DNA of 64,000 nucleotides from NCBI RefSeq assembly GCF_009914755.1, contig NC_060947.1. The stretch is one strand, 5' to 3'. A program made the position numbers and the translations under genes. The notes below the pieces were generated by a model. The model was not told the origin of the DNA. It was given only the letters and a program-made list of their open reading frames with translations, and ran no database searches. This DNA is from the human T2T-CHM13v2.0 reference genome, Homo sapiens. Position 1 is the stretch's first letter. Each line of letters opens with the position of its first letter. Below are positions 43,801-57,474 of the stretch, piece after piece.

Positions 43801-45977
43801 CACAAGTAAGCTACATGAAAAAGTAGTTGAATGCCCATGACTCCCAACCCTGTTTGGCTGCCATCTTTCTCCCAGCCTGGACATATGACCTCAAGGGGAG
43901 TTTCTGATGTTCAATTAACAGAGGAAGAGAAGACTTGGGCGTGATTTACAGATGACTTTGCACAATACGTGGATACCATTTGAAAGTGGGCAGCTGAATC
44001 ACTACAATCTCTCTCTGAAAGACAATGGCAAAGGGAAATCCTCCCAGTATACAGAACTTCAGGCAGTGTACCTGGTTGCACACCTTGCTTAGAAGGATAA
44101 ATGGCCAAACATGATTTGTGCCAATTAATGTGCCATGGTCAAGAATTTGTCTGGATGGTCAGGGACTTGGAAGAATCATGATTGGAAAATTGGTGACAGA
44201 AATTTGCGGGAAGGAGTACATGAAGAAACCTCTCTGAATGGATGAAAAACATGAAGATATGTATGTTTCATGTGAATATTCACCAAAGGGTGACCTCAAC
44301 AGACGAGCACTTTAATAATCAGATGTATAAGATGACCTGTTCTATAGATATCCGTCAGCCTCTTCTTCTAGCCACTCTATCATTGCCCCCCCACCAAAAA
44401 AAATAAACAAAATCACCATGACGGCAGGTCATGAGGTTATGCATGGGCTCAGCAACATGGACTTCTAGTCACCAAGGCCAACCTGGATATGGCCACTGCT
44501 GAGTGCTCAATTGGCCAGCAGTGGTGACCAACATTGAACCGCTGATATGACTTCATTCCATGGGGTGATCAACCAGCTACCCGGTGTCAGGTGGATTATA
44601 TTGGACTGCTTGAATCATGGGAGAGGTAATATTTTGTCCTTACCAGAATAAACACTTACTCTGGATGTGTATTAGCCTTTTCTGTATGTAATACTTCTGC
44701 TAAAATTATTATCTTCAGAGATATAGAATGTCTTATCTGTCATTGTGGTATTCCACACAACATTGATTCTTATGAAGAAACTCATTTCACAGCACAAGTA
44801 GTGGGGCATAGACCCATGTTCATGGAATTCACTGACCTTACCATGCTTCCCACAATCCTGAGGCTGCTGGCTTGATATGACAGTGGAATGGCCTTTTCAA
44901 GACTCAGATATAGTGTCAGCTAGAACACAATAGTTTTCAGGGCTGGGGCAAGGTTTTCTAGAAGTCTGTATATGCTCTGAGTCAGCATCTAATATGTGTT
45001 GCTGTTTTTCTGATAGCCAGGATTCATGGGTCCAGGGATCCAGGGGTGGAAATGGCAGTGGCACTACTCACTATTACCTTAGTGACCAACTAGCAAAATT
45101 TTGCTTCCTGTTTTCATGACTTCCTGCTCCACTTGCCTAGAGCTCTTAGTTTCAGAAGGAGGAATGCTTCTACCAGGAGACATAACAATGATAGATTTCA
45201 TTGAAATGGAAGTTAAGACTGCCAGAAGACCACTTTATGCCCCTTATTTCTCTAAGTCAACAGGCCAAGAAGGAAGTTATGGTATTGGTTGGGGTGATTG
45301 ATCTGGACTACCAAGAGAAAATTAGATGACTACTCTACAGTACAGAAAGTAAGAATATGTTTGAAACACAGAAGATCCTTTAGGACATCTCTGAGTATCA
45401 CCATTCCTGTGATTAAGTTCAATGGAAAACTGCAGCAACCTAATCCAGGCAGGACTACAAATGGCCCAGAGTTTTAGGAATGGGGGTTTGGGTCATTCCA
45501 CAAGGTAAACACCAATGATCAGCTAAGACACTTGCTGGAGGCAAAGGGAATATAGAATGGACAGTAGAAGAAGTTTGTATAAATATCAGCTATGACCATG
45601 TGACCAGTTACAGAAACAAGAATTGTAATTGTCATAGTATTTCATTCGTATTTTGTTATGCCTTAATTTGTGTGTATATATAAATAATAAATAAATATTT
45701 TTTCCTCTTTTATCTCCTCATCAGGTAACATAAAATATATTGACTTTATATCAGTATTTAAGTATTGTTAATATTACATCACAGTACTTAAGTTACAGAA
45801 TATTACTCAAGGACTTTTCCTTCTCTTCTGGATAAGGGTTTGGTATGTTTTCAATTGTACACAGGATAGTTTTAGCAAGTTGGGTGGAATTATAACCATA
45901 TAACTGTATTGCCTTTATTTGAATTAAGTATGATTTAAAGAGATGTGTATGGGTGCCAAATTGACAAAGGGTAGACT
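40831..45977 (+). mobile_element. ERVL/HERV-L internal region (gag-pro-pol-dUTPase, no env), decayed
   Basis: Starts gattttgatatcaacagtggtt. Protease LLDTHAELTL at 42241, [11 protein letters not shown] at 43011, LLDCYWALVETE at about 43594, integrase-like gtggattatattgga at 44591, purine tract before the 3' LTR. Confidence 0.93.
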
Positions 45978-46473
45978 TGTAATGATTAATCTTAGTTGTC
46001 AACTTGACTGAGATAAGGAATGCCTAGATGACTGACAAAACATCATTTCTAGGTGTGTCTGTTAGGGTATTTGAATCAGTAGACTGAGTTAGATTGCTCT
46101 CACTAATGTCAGTGGCCATCATCTAATCTGTTGAGAGCCAGAATACAACAAAAAGGCACAGAAAGGAATGTTCTCTCTGTTTGAGCCGGGACATCCATTT
46201 TTTCCTGCTCTTGAACATTAATGCCCCTAGTTCTTAGACCTTCAGACTTGAACCAAGACTTAAACCATCAGCTCCTCTGGTTCTCAGGCCTTTAGACACA
46301 TGTGGAATTACACTGCTAGCTTTTCAGGTTCTCCAGCTTACACATGGTGAATGGTGGAACTTCTCAGCCTCCACAATTGTGTGAGTCGACTCTCATAAAA
46401 AAATCTTGTTTATATAGATATAGATACAGAAGTCTCATTAGTTCTGTTGCTCTGGAGAACCCTGACCAATACA
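45978..46473 (+). mobile_element. MLT2B-like 3' LTR
   Basis: tgtaatgattaatcttagttgtcaacttgactg...ctggagaaccctgaccaataca. Confidence 0.92.
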
Positions 46474-46542
46474 CAGTTAAATTAAAAAATAATCTGCATT
46501 TTCTGTCTTTATATGTGACTTTCTGTCTTTCATACAAATACA

Positions 46543-46545
<3 letters not shown>

Positions 46546-46577
<32 letters not shown>
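46546..46577. repeat. (CA)n microsatellite
   Basis: Uninterrupted AC run. Confidence 0.97.
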
Positions 46578-46579
<2 letters not shown>

Positions 46580-47399
46580 TTTTTATTACAGCACTTCAAC
46601 TGGTGGTCTTATGCTCTTTGTCCGGGAGAAGTACTTTTTATTTCAACTTCAAAGCATAAAAATAATTGCTTTGGAGCAATCATCCAAACATATCCTTATT
46701 TCCTTGAATTTTAAGAAGCATTTGTGACTGAAGTACCTAGCAGAGGGGCATCATATTGTGAAATGATTCATGTGCTATAAACATTAACTATTTAAAGGCC
46801 TTTATTTAGTACCATTATATGGTGTTGTGCCAAGCTCTATACCATGATAAACACATGGACACAATATCTTCCTTCTGAGAGATAAATTTTCCTTCCTTAT
46901 ATGATTTTAATCACCTAAGTTTTCATTGATGGAAAAAATGCATACATGGAGATTAAATTGAGACCCATACATATCGCTGAATGCTTACCAAGAAAGTATT
47001 GTCATCAAACCTCTGAAACCATTGCTAATTTGCTGAACAGTTCATGCTTTGCAGCCATTATGTGAAAATTCTACTCTCTCATTTATATATAAATAAAAGG
47101 GAAATAACCACAAAACTAAGAACCCCTGTGGGTTGTGATGTTAGCAAAAGTGCTGATAAAACCAAATGCTTCATAGATTTTTGTGTGACTTTAAAATCAA
47201 GTACACTAAAGGACTGTTGTTTTACATTTTGGAGAGTTAGATAAATGATGTAATGTTTTTACTGACCCAAAGTGAAGGGTGTAGATAGCAGAATTCCTAA
47301 ACTTTCTTGTTTCTCATGTAAATCAGAAATTATAATAAAAACATTAAATGTTGGAGCTGGAAAGTGCATCAGAGGTTACCTTAGTCCACTTGTACCTAA

Positions 47400-47577
47400 T
47401 TACTAGTTCCAGAATAGATTCATAAATATCACCTAGGTGTTTTGTCAAAAGTAGCCAAGCCCCAAAGCTCCATATTATGACACACTGATTCATTTAGTTT
47501 ATGGTAGAACCCAAGAATCTGTATTTTAAAATAAGATGCTCAAAATGATCCTGTCATACAGGTTTGACAAATGCTGA
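47400..47577. mobile_element. MER5-like remnant
   Basis: atcacctaggtgttttgtcaaaa...cccaagaatctgtattttaa...aggtttgacaaatgctg. Confidence 0.5.
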
Positions 47578-47589
47578 CTTGTACTGAGA

Positions 47590-48925
47590 TATAATCACTT
47601 GTGGCAGATAAACTCTCCTGGAAAGAACCAGCGGGAAATTAATTTATATATAATCTTAGTTTAATCTTAATTTATATATATGATTTTAATTTTAATCATA
47701 TATATGATTTAAATTAAATTAAAATCTATAAAATTTATAAAATTTAGATTTAAATTAAAAACTATAAATTTGTGTACAGATCAGACAGATAGGTAGATAA
47801 TCTGCATCTGAAAGCCACTGAGGCAACCAGCACTTGCAAAGATAAAGTTCTAGAGAAAGAAGAACTGCATAGAAGTGAAGTAACATTCTGAAACTATATA
47901 TTTTTTCCTCCAGGTATTTACTAGTATTGGGCACCAGGGAAAAAGGTTGAGATTGTGGATCTCTACTCCCCTATCCCCCACCCAGGTAGTTCACCTCTAC
48001 TGTGAGGCAAAAAACAACAAACAAAATAAAAGAGCAGAATTTTTGGTAGCTTCATTGGGCCATGGGGGGAAAATGATTGGAGACTAAACGGTCCAGGATC
48101 TCACTGAAAATGGAATGAGGCTGGTTTACCTGTAATAACATTTGCTAAGTTTTGAAGTTGTATAGGGCAAGAGGTTAATTAGCTAAGCAGAAATCCTCTG
48201 GAAAAGCAGTCCAGCGTATTCAGCAATCTTATGATTCTGTGAAGACAAATACTTGCTGGGTGGAGAGGGTTTCCATTCAACCCTTGTCTCTCAGTCTCTC
48301 AGTTGGAACTACCAGTGGGCTGTGTTGGAACATAAGTGACTCAGAAGCAGTTGGAGTCTTACACATACTGCAACATAGCCTCAAGGCAGCTCAGTCTTTA
48401 ATTTAATTAATGTTACTGTCCTCTACTTGATTTTTCCAGCAAAAGTTGACCTTTTCCAGATGGAAGATCATATCATTCATATCATCTACAAATTTTAATA
48501 CACAAAGTCTGACATTTAACAAAAACATAAAGGCCATGCCCAGAAACAGGACAAGATCACCAAAATCCAAGATTAAAGAGAATGAGAGAAAAAGACCTAA
48601 AGATGATTCAGATATTGGTGATAGAAGAAAAGGACTACAAAATAACCATGATTAATATATTCAATCAATTAAAGGGAATGGTGGAGAAAATAAGTAAAAC
48701 TATAGAGAATTTCTCCAGAGAATTTGAATCTGTTTAAAACAAAAATCAAATGGAAATTATACAATCAAAAAGTGCAGTATCTGAAGTTAAAAATATAATA
48801 TTTGACTTTAGCAAAAGATTAGAGAAGATTGGTGAGGTGGAAGACAGATAATAGAAAAGCCCAGAGAAGAAAATAAATGGAAAATTCTAGAAAGAGGATA
48901 AAGAGACACATGAGATGGGATGGTT
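47590..48925 (+). mobile_element. Old L1M (L1ME-type) 5'UTR and ORF1 start
   Basis: gatgattcagatattgg...aaaataaccatgattaatatattcaa...gaatttctccagagaatttgaatct. Confidence 0.65.
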
Positions 48926-49014
48926 AGGAATAAATGACAAAATAACAGCTCGCACAATGATTCAGGAATACTCGTGTTTTGATCTTGATTGTAGTAAACA
49001 GTACTATACATTCT

Positions 49015-49272
49015 AGTAATCTTCAAATTGGGCATAGGTGTGCTCAGGTACTATATAGATAATTCAATGATGTGCAGAAAATAAATATTAAAGTTTCTAC
49101 TTAAAGCTATTATTTTAAAATGTCTATTTTTACACTTTTTATAATATACATAAAATCATACATAGTAGTATATGAATATACATAAATAGAAACAAAAATG
49201 TTGGAATATGGATGCATTAACAAACACTTTTTTAATGAATGATGCCTAAGATCAATATTTTGGAAATGGTTG
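49015..49272. mobile_element. hAT-Charlie-type MITE (MER112-like)
   Basis: Degenerate termini tagtaatcttcaaa / tttggaaatggttg around an AT-rich body. Confidence 0.45.
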
Positions 49273-49779
49273 ACCTGTTAAACATGGGAGTGGTGTCCTA
49301 GATATTAAGTATTAGCATAGTAACTTTTCCTGATATTTTCCTGAGATTATGCTTGTTGAAGAAGCTTATTCATGGGTTCTCTCTTTATACCAGGTGTTAA
49401 GCAACTCATACAATACATTTGACAATGGTGCTTTTCATTGACATAGAGGTCCACGTGTAAAATGGTAAAGCGGGCAAAGTTTGTTCGTCAGAAGCACATT
49501 TCTATTTTTCTCTTAAACCCTCTTACATATCTAAAGGCACCCTCACCATGAGAGACACTTATTTTCTCATTTTTCATAGGCCTTTAGAAAACACATTTTG
49601 CAGTTCTTTTCTTCCCACTAAATCAAACAAAATTCAGTCTCTCAATTTTGGCTTTACAGCTAATTTCAAGTGTTTGCTACTTAGGATGAAAGCATTTTGA
49701 CTTTCTAATAAAACTTGGGCATAGATAATTCATATTTCATTTAGTACAGGTATAAAATTTTCATAGAAGTTTAACTAAA

Positions 49780-49930
49780 TGTAGTATAAAGACATGAACC
49801 TTGAAGTCAGAATGACCCTTATCAAACATCCACTTCTCTTGCTTATAAATAATGAGATCTTGAAAATGTCATTTAAATTATTTGAATCTCTTGTATTCCC
49901 ATCCATAAAATGGAAGTTTGGATACTCGTG
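49780..49930 (+). mobile_element. MIR
   Basis: ccttgaagtcaga...ttcccatccataaaatgg. Confidence 0.6.
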
Positions 49931-51639
49931 GAATGATAGAGAAAATATATTTTATGTTTTCTGCACAGTAGAGCTTTCTTGAAAACTTTTACTAGGACCT
50001 GGGTTAAAGAACAAGCCCTGTAACTTAAAGGATGACTGAATACATAACAAGAGATTTACCTCCCCAGAGATTTGTGCTTACATTTCATAACTGGATGAGA
50101 TTCAGAGCCATTATAGGAGTTGCCAACTCTGAGACAATTGTCTCATTGGTATTTTGAAGGTAAAAAAACCCAGGGTCCTGCCCTTCTTTTCCCAAGGAGA
50201 ATTTGTTTACATTAGGGAGGTTAATTGTTTATTCCACTCTCAGGAGAGGATGGGGAAAATGTATATATAAGCTCCCAGATTCGTATTTTGGGGTTCTTCT
50301 CTATTATGTGGAAGGACACACCTGCCTTTTACCATATTGCACTGAGCATAAATATTTGGGGCAGAGAATCAATCTGATAATTCCATGGCTATAAGTAAGA
50401 CTAATCAGCCCTGATCCAGGGATTGTATGCTAATTTTCAGGTTAATGTGAACAAATATAGATAAAATTATATCAATATCTGCCTTACCAACTACACAAGG
50501 GAAGGTCAAATGAGATAGCTGATACCAAAATGCTTCAAAAAGAACTTAGAAATATCAGGAGATAATTTTCTCCGATGTTATCTTTGTGTAGTAAAATGTT
50601 CATAATAATGAAAAGGTATCCAGAATGCTATGCTTTTATATTTAAAATTTTCCTGTGAATGTTTTTGCTGTACTAGGCTTTTGGTGAGAAGAATTTTGAA
50701 GGGTATCAGAATACCTATTAACTATAACCTGAGAGTTTAAATGGATACCCCAGCTACTGGGGATAATTACAGCAAGTATGACAGTTGGAACTCTTAATAT
50801 GTTATATTATTGCCAAAATTTTTGAAGCAATGATTATCACCTTAAAGGGGTAGACAAATTTGCTTACAAATTACAGCACCAAGAGACAATGTTAACATTA
50901 GCAGCCCAGGATGTTTCTTGCTGAGATGTTACATGGAAATAATAGTAACACAAGAACACGTTGAGAAATATCTTCTATAAAATGGGATATTATCTTTTTG
51001 ATAACATTTTTTTAGATCTCAAAGCCTTTCAATTTTGTTTCAAATATTTAGTTAAAAATATTTACTTCCCCTTTAAATTTGGATAGAAAAATCATTTACG
51101 CAACTTTAAAAATTCAATAGTTCAAAATAATTCACCTCATAAATAAGGCAGTAGTCGTGAAAATTCTTTGTATATCTGCCCTTCCAAAGGAGACAATTGT
51201 AATGTTAGAGGGCACTCCAAAGATAGTGCCTCCCTTTCAAGGTAATGACACATACCTTTATTCAACAAGGCAGCTCTCTCCAAATGTCAAAGTTTCAGCC
51301 CCAAGGCATTTCTCTGGACACATAGTAGAAAATACAGCTATTTAAATAAAACCTGCATTTCCTTTGGCATTATTTTTTACAATCCATCTCTTACAGTGGG
51401 AGTTCCCAATAATTTGATAGTGCTGGGTGTATAATGAAGGAAAAGCAAAGCCTATGCCTTTATTTTTCGTGATTTTTCCAGTCTTTAATTTTTCTGTCAC
51501 TCTATAGATAGTCTGGTTCTCCGAAGTATTAAAGAAAAAAGTTATTAGTATATACTACTTGGCAGATGTTGCTTATGCAAATATATACGTATGTTGATAT
51601 ATATAGACACATTCATATGCATATATCATATATACATAT

Positions 51640-51840
51640 ATATTTATTTATTGAGCGCTCTGTGCCACACTCTGTACTAAGCATTCTATATGCATTAGCT
51701 AATTATCATGACAGATTTATATGATAGGTGTTATTGCTGTCTCATTTTACAGATGAGCATTTTGAGACTCAAAGATGTTAAATTATTTTCCCAGAGTTAG
51801 TAAATGTGGAGCCAATATTTGGACTAAGTCTATTAAACTT
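51640..51840 (-). mobile_element. MIR
   Basis: tattgagcgctctgtgccacac...cattttacagatgag. Confidence 0.75.
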
Positions 51841-52164
51841 TAATACCCAAATTATGGAAAACTATGTAAATGCAACCAAAATGATAGAGAAAAATCATTT
51901 ATGTTTTAAGTTATGGTAGCCAAAGAAGTGTATTTAAAATATGTTGAGCAAGTTGACGAATATATTGTTTCTTATTCTCAGTTTTTAATTGAGAGACAAT
52001 GTTGAATAGCAGGAAGAGCACTGTATTTAGATGCAGAGAAAAGTGAGTCACTAAATTATGTGGCATTGGGCAAGTTATTTGACTCCTCTAAGCAGAAGCA
52101 ATGTAAATAATCTTTAAAGAGTACTTTGCACAAAATAGCTGTGCAATAGTTTTGAACAATTTTT

Positions 52165-52600
52165 GGTAGATTGCAAAACTTTTCAGCTTTCCCCATAAAG
52201 ATATGGATAACAGATTTGTCTGGTATTTGGCCTGTCCTTTTGACTTTCTTTGCCTGATAGAATATGGCAGAAACAACGTTAAGCCAGTTCTGATCCCAGG
52301 CCTCAAGCAGTCTTATATATACCTTAATTCTTACTTTTGAAATCCCACCAGGTCTGTCTGCTGGATAATGAGAAACACATAGCCTAGTTACCCGTATTGT
52401 ACCCTCATTGCCCAAGCTGAGAGCCAACTAACCCCCAAAAGCAGAGCTGCCTGCTTGACTGACAGCGGATTGCATACACATGATTGAACCCAGTAGAATC
52501 AGTACTGCTCAGCTGAGCCCAGTACAAATTGCCAACATAAGGAATCATAAATTAAACTAATGGTTGTTCGTTTAAGCCACTAAATTTTGCAATGGTTTCA
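52165..52600 (+). mobile_element. MLT1G/H-like MaLR LTR
   Basis: tagaatatggcagaa...ccaggcctcaag...cagctgagcccag...tttaagccactaaatttt. Confidence 0.75.
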
Positions 52601-52644
52601 TCTAATATAATCCAAATGGTACAGTATTTCCATCATTCTCTTTA

Positions 52645-52880
52645 TTAATCAACCAAGCCAAGTCTTTACTGAACATTTGAATGTGAAACACTATGCCATT
52701 AGTTAGGAGTGAGAAGATACAAACAAAAGAAGTATAAGGCATGTTCCCTGTTCTCAAAGAGCCGAGTCTTGCAGGTAAGATGAGAGTGACAATTAAGGAA
52801 TAATTACAGAGCAAAAAAATAAAATCAGAGCCCCTGTGTGAAAACAAATTAGATCATTAAAGAGGCAATATCATCTTTCA
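52645..52880 (-). mobile_element. L2 fragment
   Basis: tttactgaacatttgaatgtgaaacac...ccctgttctcaaagagc. Confidence 0.55.
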
Positions 52881-53269
52881 AGGATACTCAATCTCTACTT
52901 AGTGGAAGTACCTGTAGACAATTGTCATCATTGTCACTGCTTCCATGGCAATAAATTAAGAGAGCTGGATTTGTGGCAGCTGATTAAAGAAAAAAACAAA
53001 CAAACTGGAGAGTGTGGAGAGTGAATGAAATCCTTCTTTGTTCCCAGTGAAAAGTTCCCCATTGGGTTGACTTTAGACTTGACTACTGAAAGGAGTATGT
53101 GAGTAACAGAGATGAGCTGGAAGAAAGGAAGATAGTGGGTTAGGGGAACCATTTCCATCAGTGAGCATGTGGTGATCTTTTAACTACACACACGCTGACA
53201 GGCTGTTGTCAATAGTCACTAATGTGAAAACACTGATATCTGCAACAGCCATACTGAAGAGGCAAATGA

Positions 53270-53520
53270 GTATTGGAGTCAGCCTGATCCAGGTCCAAAG
53301 GAAAATTCTCTCATTTTCTTACTGTGTGACTTTAGAGATGTTAAATAACCTATATACAGTTCACAGTCTTCATCTGTAAAAAGATTATAATGATGGCTCG
53401 TACCTCATAGGTTTGTTGTGAGGATACAGAGATATGCACGCACACACACACACACATACACACACACACACATACCATCTAGCCCAATCACTGGTATATT
53501 GTAGATGCTCACTAAATACA
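53270..53520 (+). mobile_element. MIR with an inserted (CA)n tract
   Basis: ttggagtcagcctg...cttcatctgtaaaa...tacctcataggtttgttgtgagga. CA repeat at about 53437-53472. Confidence 0.78.
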
Positions 53521-53737
53521 AAAAGACTTACATATGTCTACTATTGTTGGTGTATTTTTTTGCCCTAAATTTATGCAAGATAAAATCATTGACGTAGAAG
53601 ACCCACACATAAGATTTTGAACAATTTACCCCTAGAAAACTACATTCAAAATTGTCTTTCCACTCACTCAAAAAAGCTAGGCTGATCTCAATTGTATATA
53701 AGTATTTGGAATGTTTAAAATGTTACAACTCCGTTAC

Positions 53738-53789
53738 CTTGCTGCTTTTCCTTTTTTTTTACATGAAGATGATCCACCTTTGTCATTGT
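53738..53789 (-). other. Candidate 52-nt exon
   Basis: Acceptor tgttttgcatttcag|A and donor AAG|gtaacg. Contains ACAATGA. Confidence 0.25.
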
Positions 53790-55054
53790 CTGAAATGCAA
53801 AACATATGCAAATAGAAGAAAATTTACCGTGGTCAATTGTGCATTTAGTATGTGGGCTGAGGAAGGGCTTCCAAAGCATAATGGGAATCTTTCAATTGGC
53901 TCCCTATTATGTAAACAGTAAGTGGTGTTAACTAATGGGCAAGCCTCTGACTTACAATTCTCTAGGCAGCACGCCCCACTGTCAGTTTCTCTTCTCTATG
54001 AAATACTGGCTAAGAGCAGGATAATCAGTCCCTTGCCTCACACACTCTATCTCTTTTACAAAGAAAACTACGAGAGGCTGCTCAGTTTTGATTATATTCT
54101 CTTTAATGGATTTGTCCATTTCTTTTTTCCTCCTTTTGCTTTCTTGTTTTCTGGAAATGATTTTCCTTTCTAAAGCACCTTATCTCTGGCTATGTTTTTA
54201 TTTAAGCTGCAGTCACAGTCCTTTGACTAGAGTTCTTTCTTCCCCCAAATGTAAAAGAGACAGGATTTACAGCTCATCTACTCAATTGAACTCAGGAGAG
54301 TTTTGTTGGTTGTGGGTCATTGTTAAATGGAAAAAGAAATTTCAGAAACACTGAAACATTGATTGACAGAACTCTCCTATTCACGCCTCATTTCTCAAAT
54401 GCTGGCAGCTTTCTCTCCACTGCATGTATTGCATCTCCCTGATGTCCCTCCATTGCACAGGTTCTTCAGCCAATTTCACATGGAGACACTTTCGAGAAGC
54501 TAGGAGTTAGAAAGGGTTAATTCACAAACTTTATTATGTCCTTCATTCTTTCTTGTACTTCCCTTACAGATCCTTGATTTGTATCCTGGGAAATGCACAA
54601 TGGTTGAAACGGAAATGATTCACTCTAAAAATCCTGACAGGATTGCTGTGAATTTATGTGTATGTTCTTGAACGATTTATACTAATGAAGTCAGGAGGTC
54701 TCAGAGCTCTTTACATTCTATCTGTGTCCCCTTCACTCTTCTCCCCTCTTTTACCCTGGCCCTAATTTTCCTGATTGCATACAATCAACCTTTCAATCCT
54801 TTCACTCCTCCTCATCCCAGGCTTCATTGATGGTAGCAGGAACAAAAAGTAGACACAGAGGAAAAAATGGAAAATATCCATGTCTGGCTGTATTCTTAAA
54901 AAAAAATAGAGACATTTGGAGCTCACTCATTATTTTCTATTATTTCTAGTTCCCCTGATAAGGATTATCAAGCAGCGGCTATATAAAAAACTTAAAGCAG
55001 GGGGCTAAAATTGCTAATTAGACACTCTTTGAGATTTTGCAGGGATTATATCCA

Positions 55055-55280
55055 TTAATAATAGTAAACATTTCTGGGGCACTTAATATTACTAAGAACA
55101 TTATGTGTGCATTGTCTCAATTATTTCTCATAACAACTTGATGAGAAAAGTACTATCATTATTCCTATTTTATGAATTAGGAAACAGGGGCTAAGAATGT
55201 CTGTATGAATTGCCTAAAAGAAGACAGATTATAAGTAAAACAACTGTGAGTTAAACTCATTTCTGCTTGACTCCAGTCAG
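55055..55280 (-). mobile_element. MIR
   Basis: ttctcataacaacttgatgag...attcctattttatgaattaggaaacagggg. Confidence 0.7.
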
Positions 55281-55614
55281 AGCTCACAGAAATATGGACT
55301 GTGCCTAAAATAAGTATACTTAGATTCAAGCACTACTTTTTACGCTTTATAATACACTAGGAAGAATGCTAGGCTATTTAATTCACATCAGCTCTGCTAA
55401 AGTGAGCATTATTTCCCCCATTTTTATGTATTTAAAAATTAATAAAGGAAAAGTAATGAAGAAAGTGAGTAATGAAGCCAGAATTTAAAGCCTAGGTTTT
55501 CCAGTCCTTCTACAGAATGTCAATGAAGGGTATGGATACTGCTACATCAGTTTATGGGATCGCCTATACTGCCTTATGACAGCATTTATAGATCTAAGGT
55601 ATTTATAGAATCTC

Positions 55615-56126
55615 TGTACTAGAGTTCTCCAGAGAAACAGAACCAATAGAATATGCATTTTAGAGAGAGAGAGAAAGAGAGGGAGAGATTATAGGCATTG
55701 GCTCACATAATTATGGAGAATAAAATACTGTAAGATCTGCAGTTGACAAGCTGGAGACCCACCCAGGAGAACCAAGCCAATGATATAGCTCCAGTCTGAG
55801 TCTAAAGTCCTGAGAAGCAGGAGAGCTGATGGTATAAATTTCAGACTGAGTCTGAGTTCAAACAAAGGAAAAGACTGATTTCCCAGGCCGGAGACAGGCA
55901 GAGAGAGCAAATTTTTCCTTACTTCACCTTTTTTCTCTATTTAGGCCTTCAGTGGACTGGATTAGGCTCAACCACATTGAGAAGTACAATCAGCTTTACT
56001 CAGTCTATGGATTCTACTATTAATATCATATAGAAACACTCTCATAGACACATGTAGAAAAATGTTTAACCAAATATTGGGCACCTTGTGGCCCAGTCAA
56101 GTTGACTCATAAAATTAACCATCACA
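55615..56126 (-). mobile_element. MLT2B-like solo LTR
   Basis: gttctccagagaaacagaaccaatag...cccagtcaagttgactcataaaattaaccatcaca. TSD atctc/atgtc. Confidence 0.92.
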
Positions 56127-56319
56127 ATGTCTTTGGAAAATACAAAAACAAAGCCAAAAAAAATGCAAACAAACAAAAACCCTTTTTGAGACCTGGGTAA
56201 AAAGTATAAAAGATCTGGTAATAGAGAAAAGTACAAACATATATGGTGGCAATGTTCTTTCAATTCAAAACTGCTCACAAATCAATTTTTACCTTTTTAG
56301 CCACATCAAAATTTATCAG

Positions 56320-56500
56320 GGCAGGCAAAGATTTTTAAAGATAATCTAGTCCAACTACCTATCCAATTCATGAATCTCTTCCTCAACATCCTTCTCTTTA
56401 AATACTCCCAGTGACTATAAACTTATCGTTACTGAAAGTAGCCCATTTCCTTTTCACAAAACATCATGCTAGAAAATTCATTCTTGTATTGAGCAATGTC
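56320..56500 (-). mobile_element. L3/CR1-like fragment
   Basis: ataatctagtccaac...aaatactcccagtgac...tagaaaattcattctt. Confidence 0.5.
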
Positions 56501-56663
56501 TCTTACATTATAAAAAATAAAAGCAAAATGAGATCTTAATCATCAAGTTAAATGTTCCCATTTTACATCTGTAAAATGAACAACTCTGTTATGAATTTTA
56601 TCAGCACTAGGACTAGAACCCAGTTTCTCTCACTCCTATTCTAGAGCATTTTCCACTATAATA

Positions 56664-57474
56664 TGCGTCCACTCTCTGGTAGGAAAAAAACACATAAATT
56701 GTTTTTCCTCTGCTCTCATATCACAACAATCAGCACAGACTACTTCTGTGGCCAAAGGTGTGGTGCCTTTTTTTTTTTTTCACACACCAAGCAGCAGACA
56801 CCAGCTGGGTGTGAGTGTCCTCTAATTTAATTCAATTCTGACACTATCTATCTGGTTATAATCTCAGATCCTACAGGTTGAGGACTCAGTCCCATAAGAC
56901 TACCCCCTCTTCAGATGCCAATGGCAAGTCTAGGCCTCCAGACCTTCTTGAAACTTGAACAGTTTCAAGTTGGGGTTCTCACAACTCCCTATTTGGGTTC
57001 AACTAATTTGGTAGAGCAACCCACAGAACTCAGGAATAACACTTCGTTGGTTTATTGCAAAGTATACAGATAAGAGATGCACAGGGCAAGATACGGGGAA
57101 AAGGTCACAGAGCTTCCATGTCTTCTCTGTGTGGACACCTCTCCCAGAACCTCCATGGGTTCAGCTGTCTGTAAGCTCTCCAAACCCTGTCCTCTCGGGT
57201 TTTTATGGAGCCATCATTGATTAAACCATTGGTCATTGATGATCAAGGGGTGTCAACCCCTCTCCCCTCCCCACGGATCGGAGGATGAGACTGAAAGCCC
57301 CAACCCTCTAATCATAGCTTGGTATTTCAAGTGACCAGCCTCCATCCTGAAGCTACCTAGAGGCTGCCAGCCACTAGTCAACAAAATGACAAGACTTTGA
57401 AGATTCCAAGGATTTTAGGAGTTGTATGCCATCAAATGGAGTTGTAGACCAAATATATATTTCACAGTATCACA
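56664..57474 (-). mobile_element. MER21-like LTR
   Basis: gacaccagctgggtgt...aattcaattctgacactatcta...cagtcccataagactacccc...atttcacagtatcaca. Confidence 0.88.

Noticed and set aside
51256-51340. Minus-strand exon-like unit ending AAG|gtatgt
   Set aside because: Ambiguous acceptor and stops in all frames, so it is indistinguishable from background pseudoexons.
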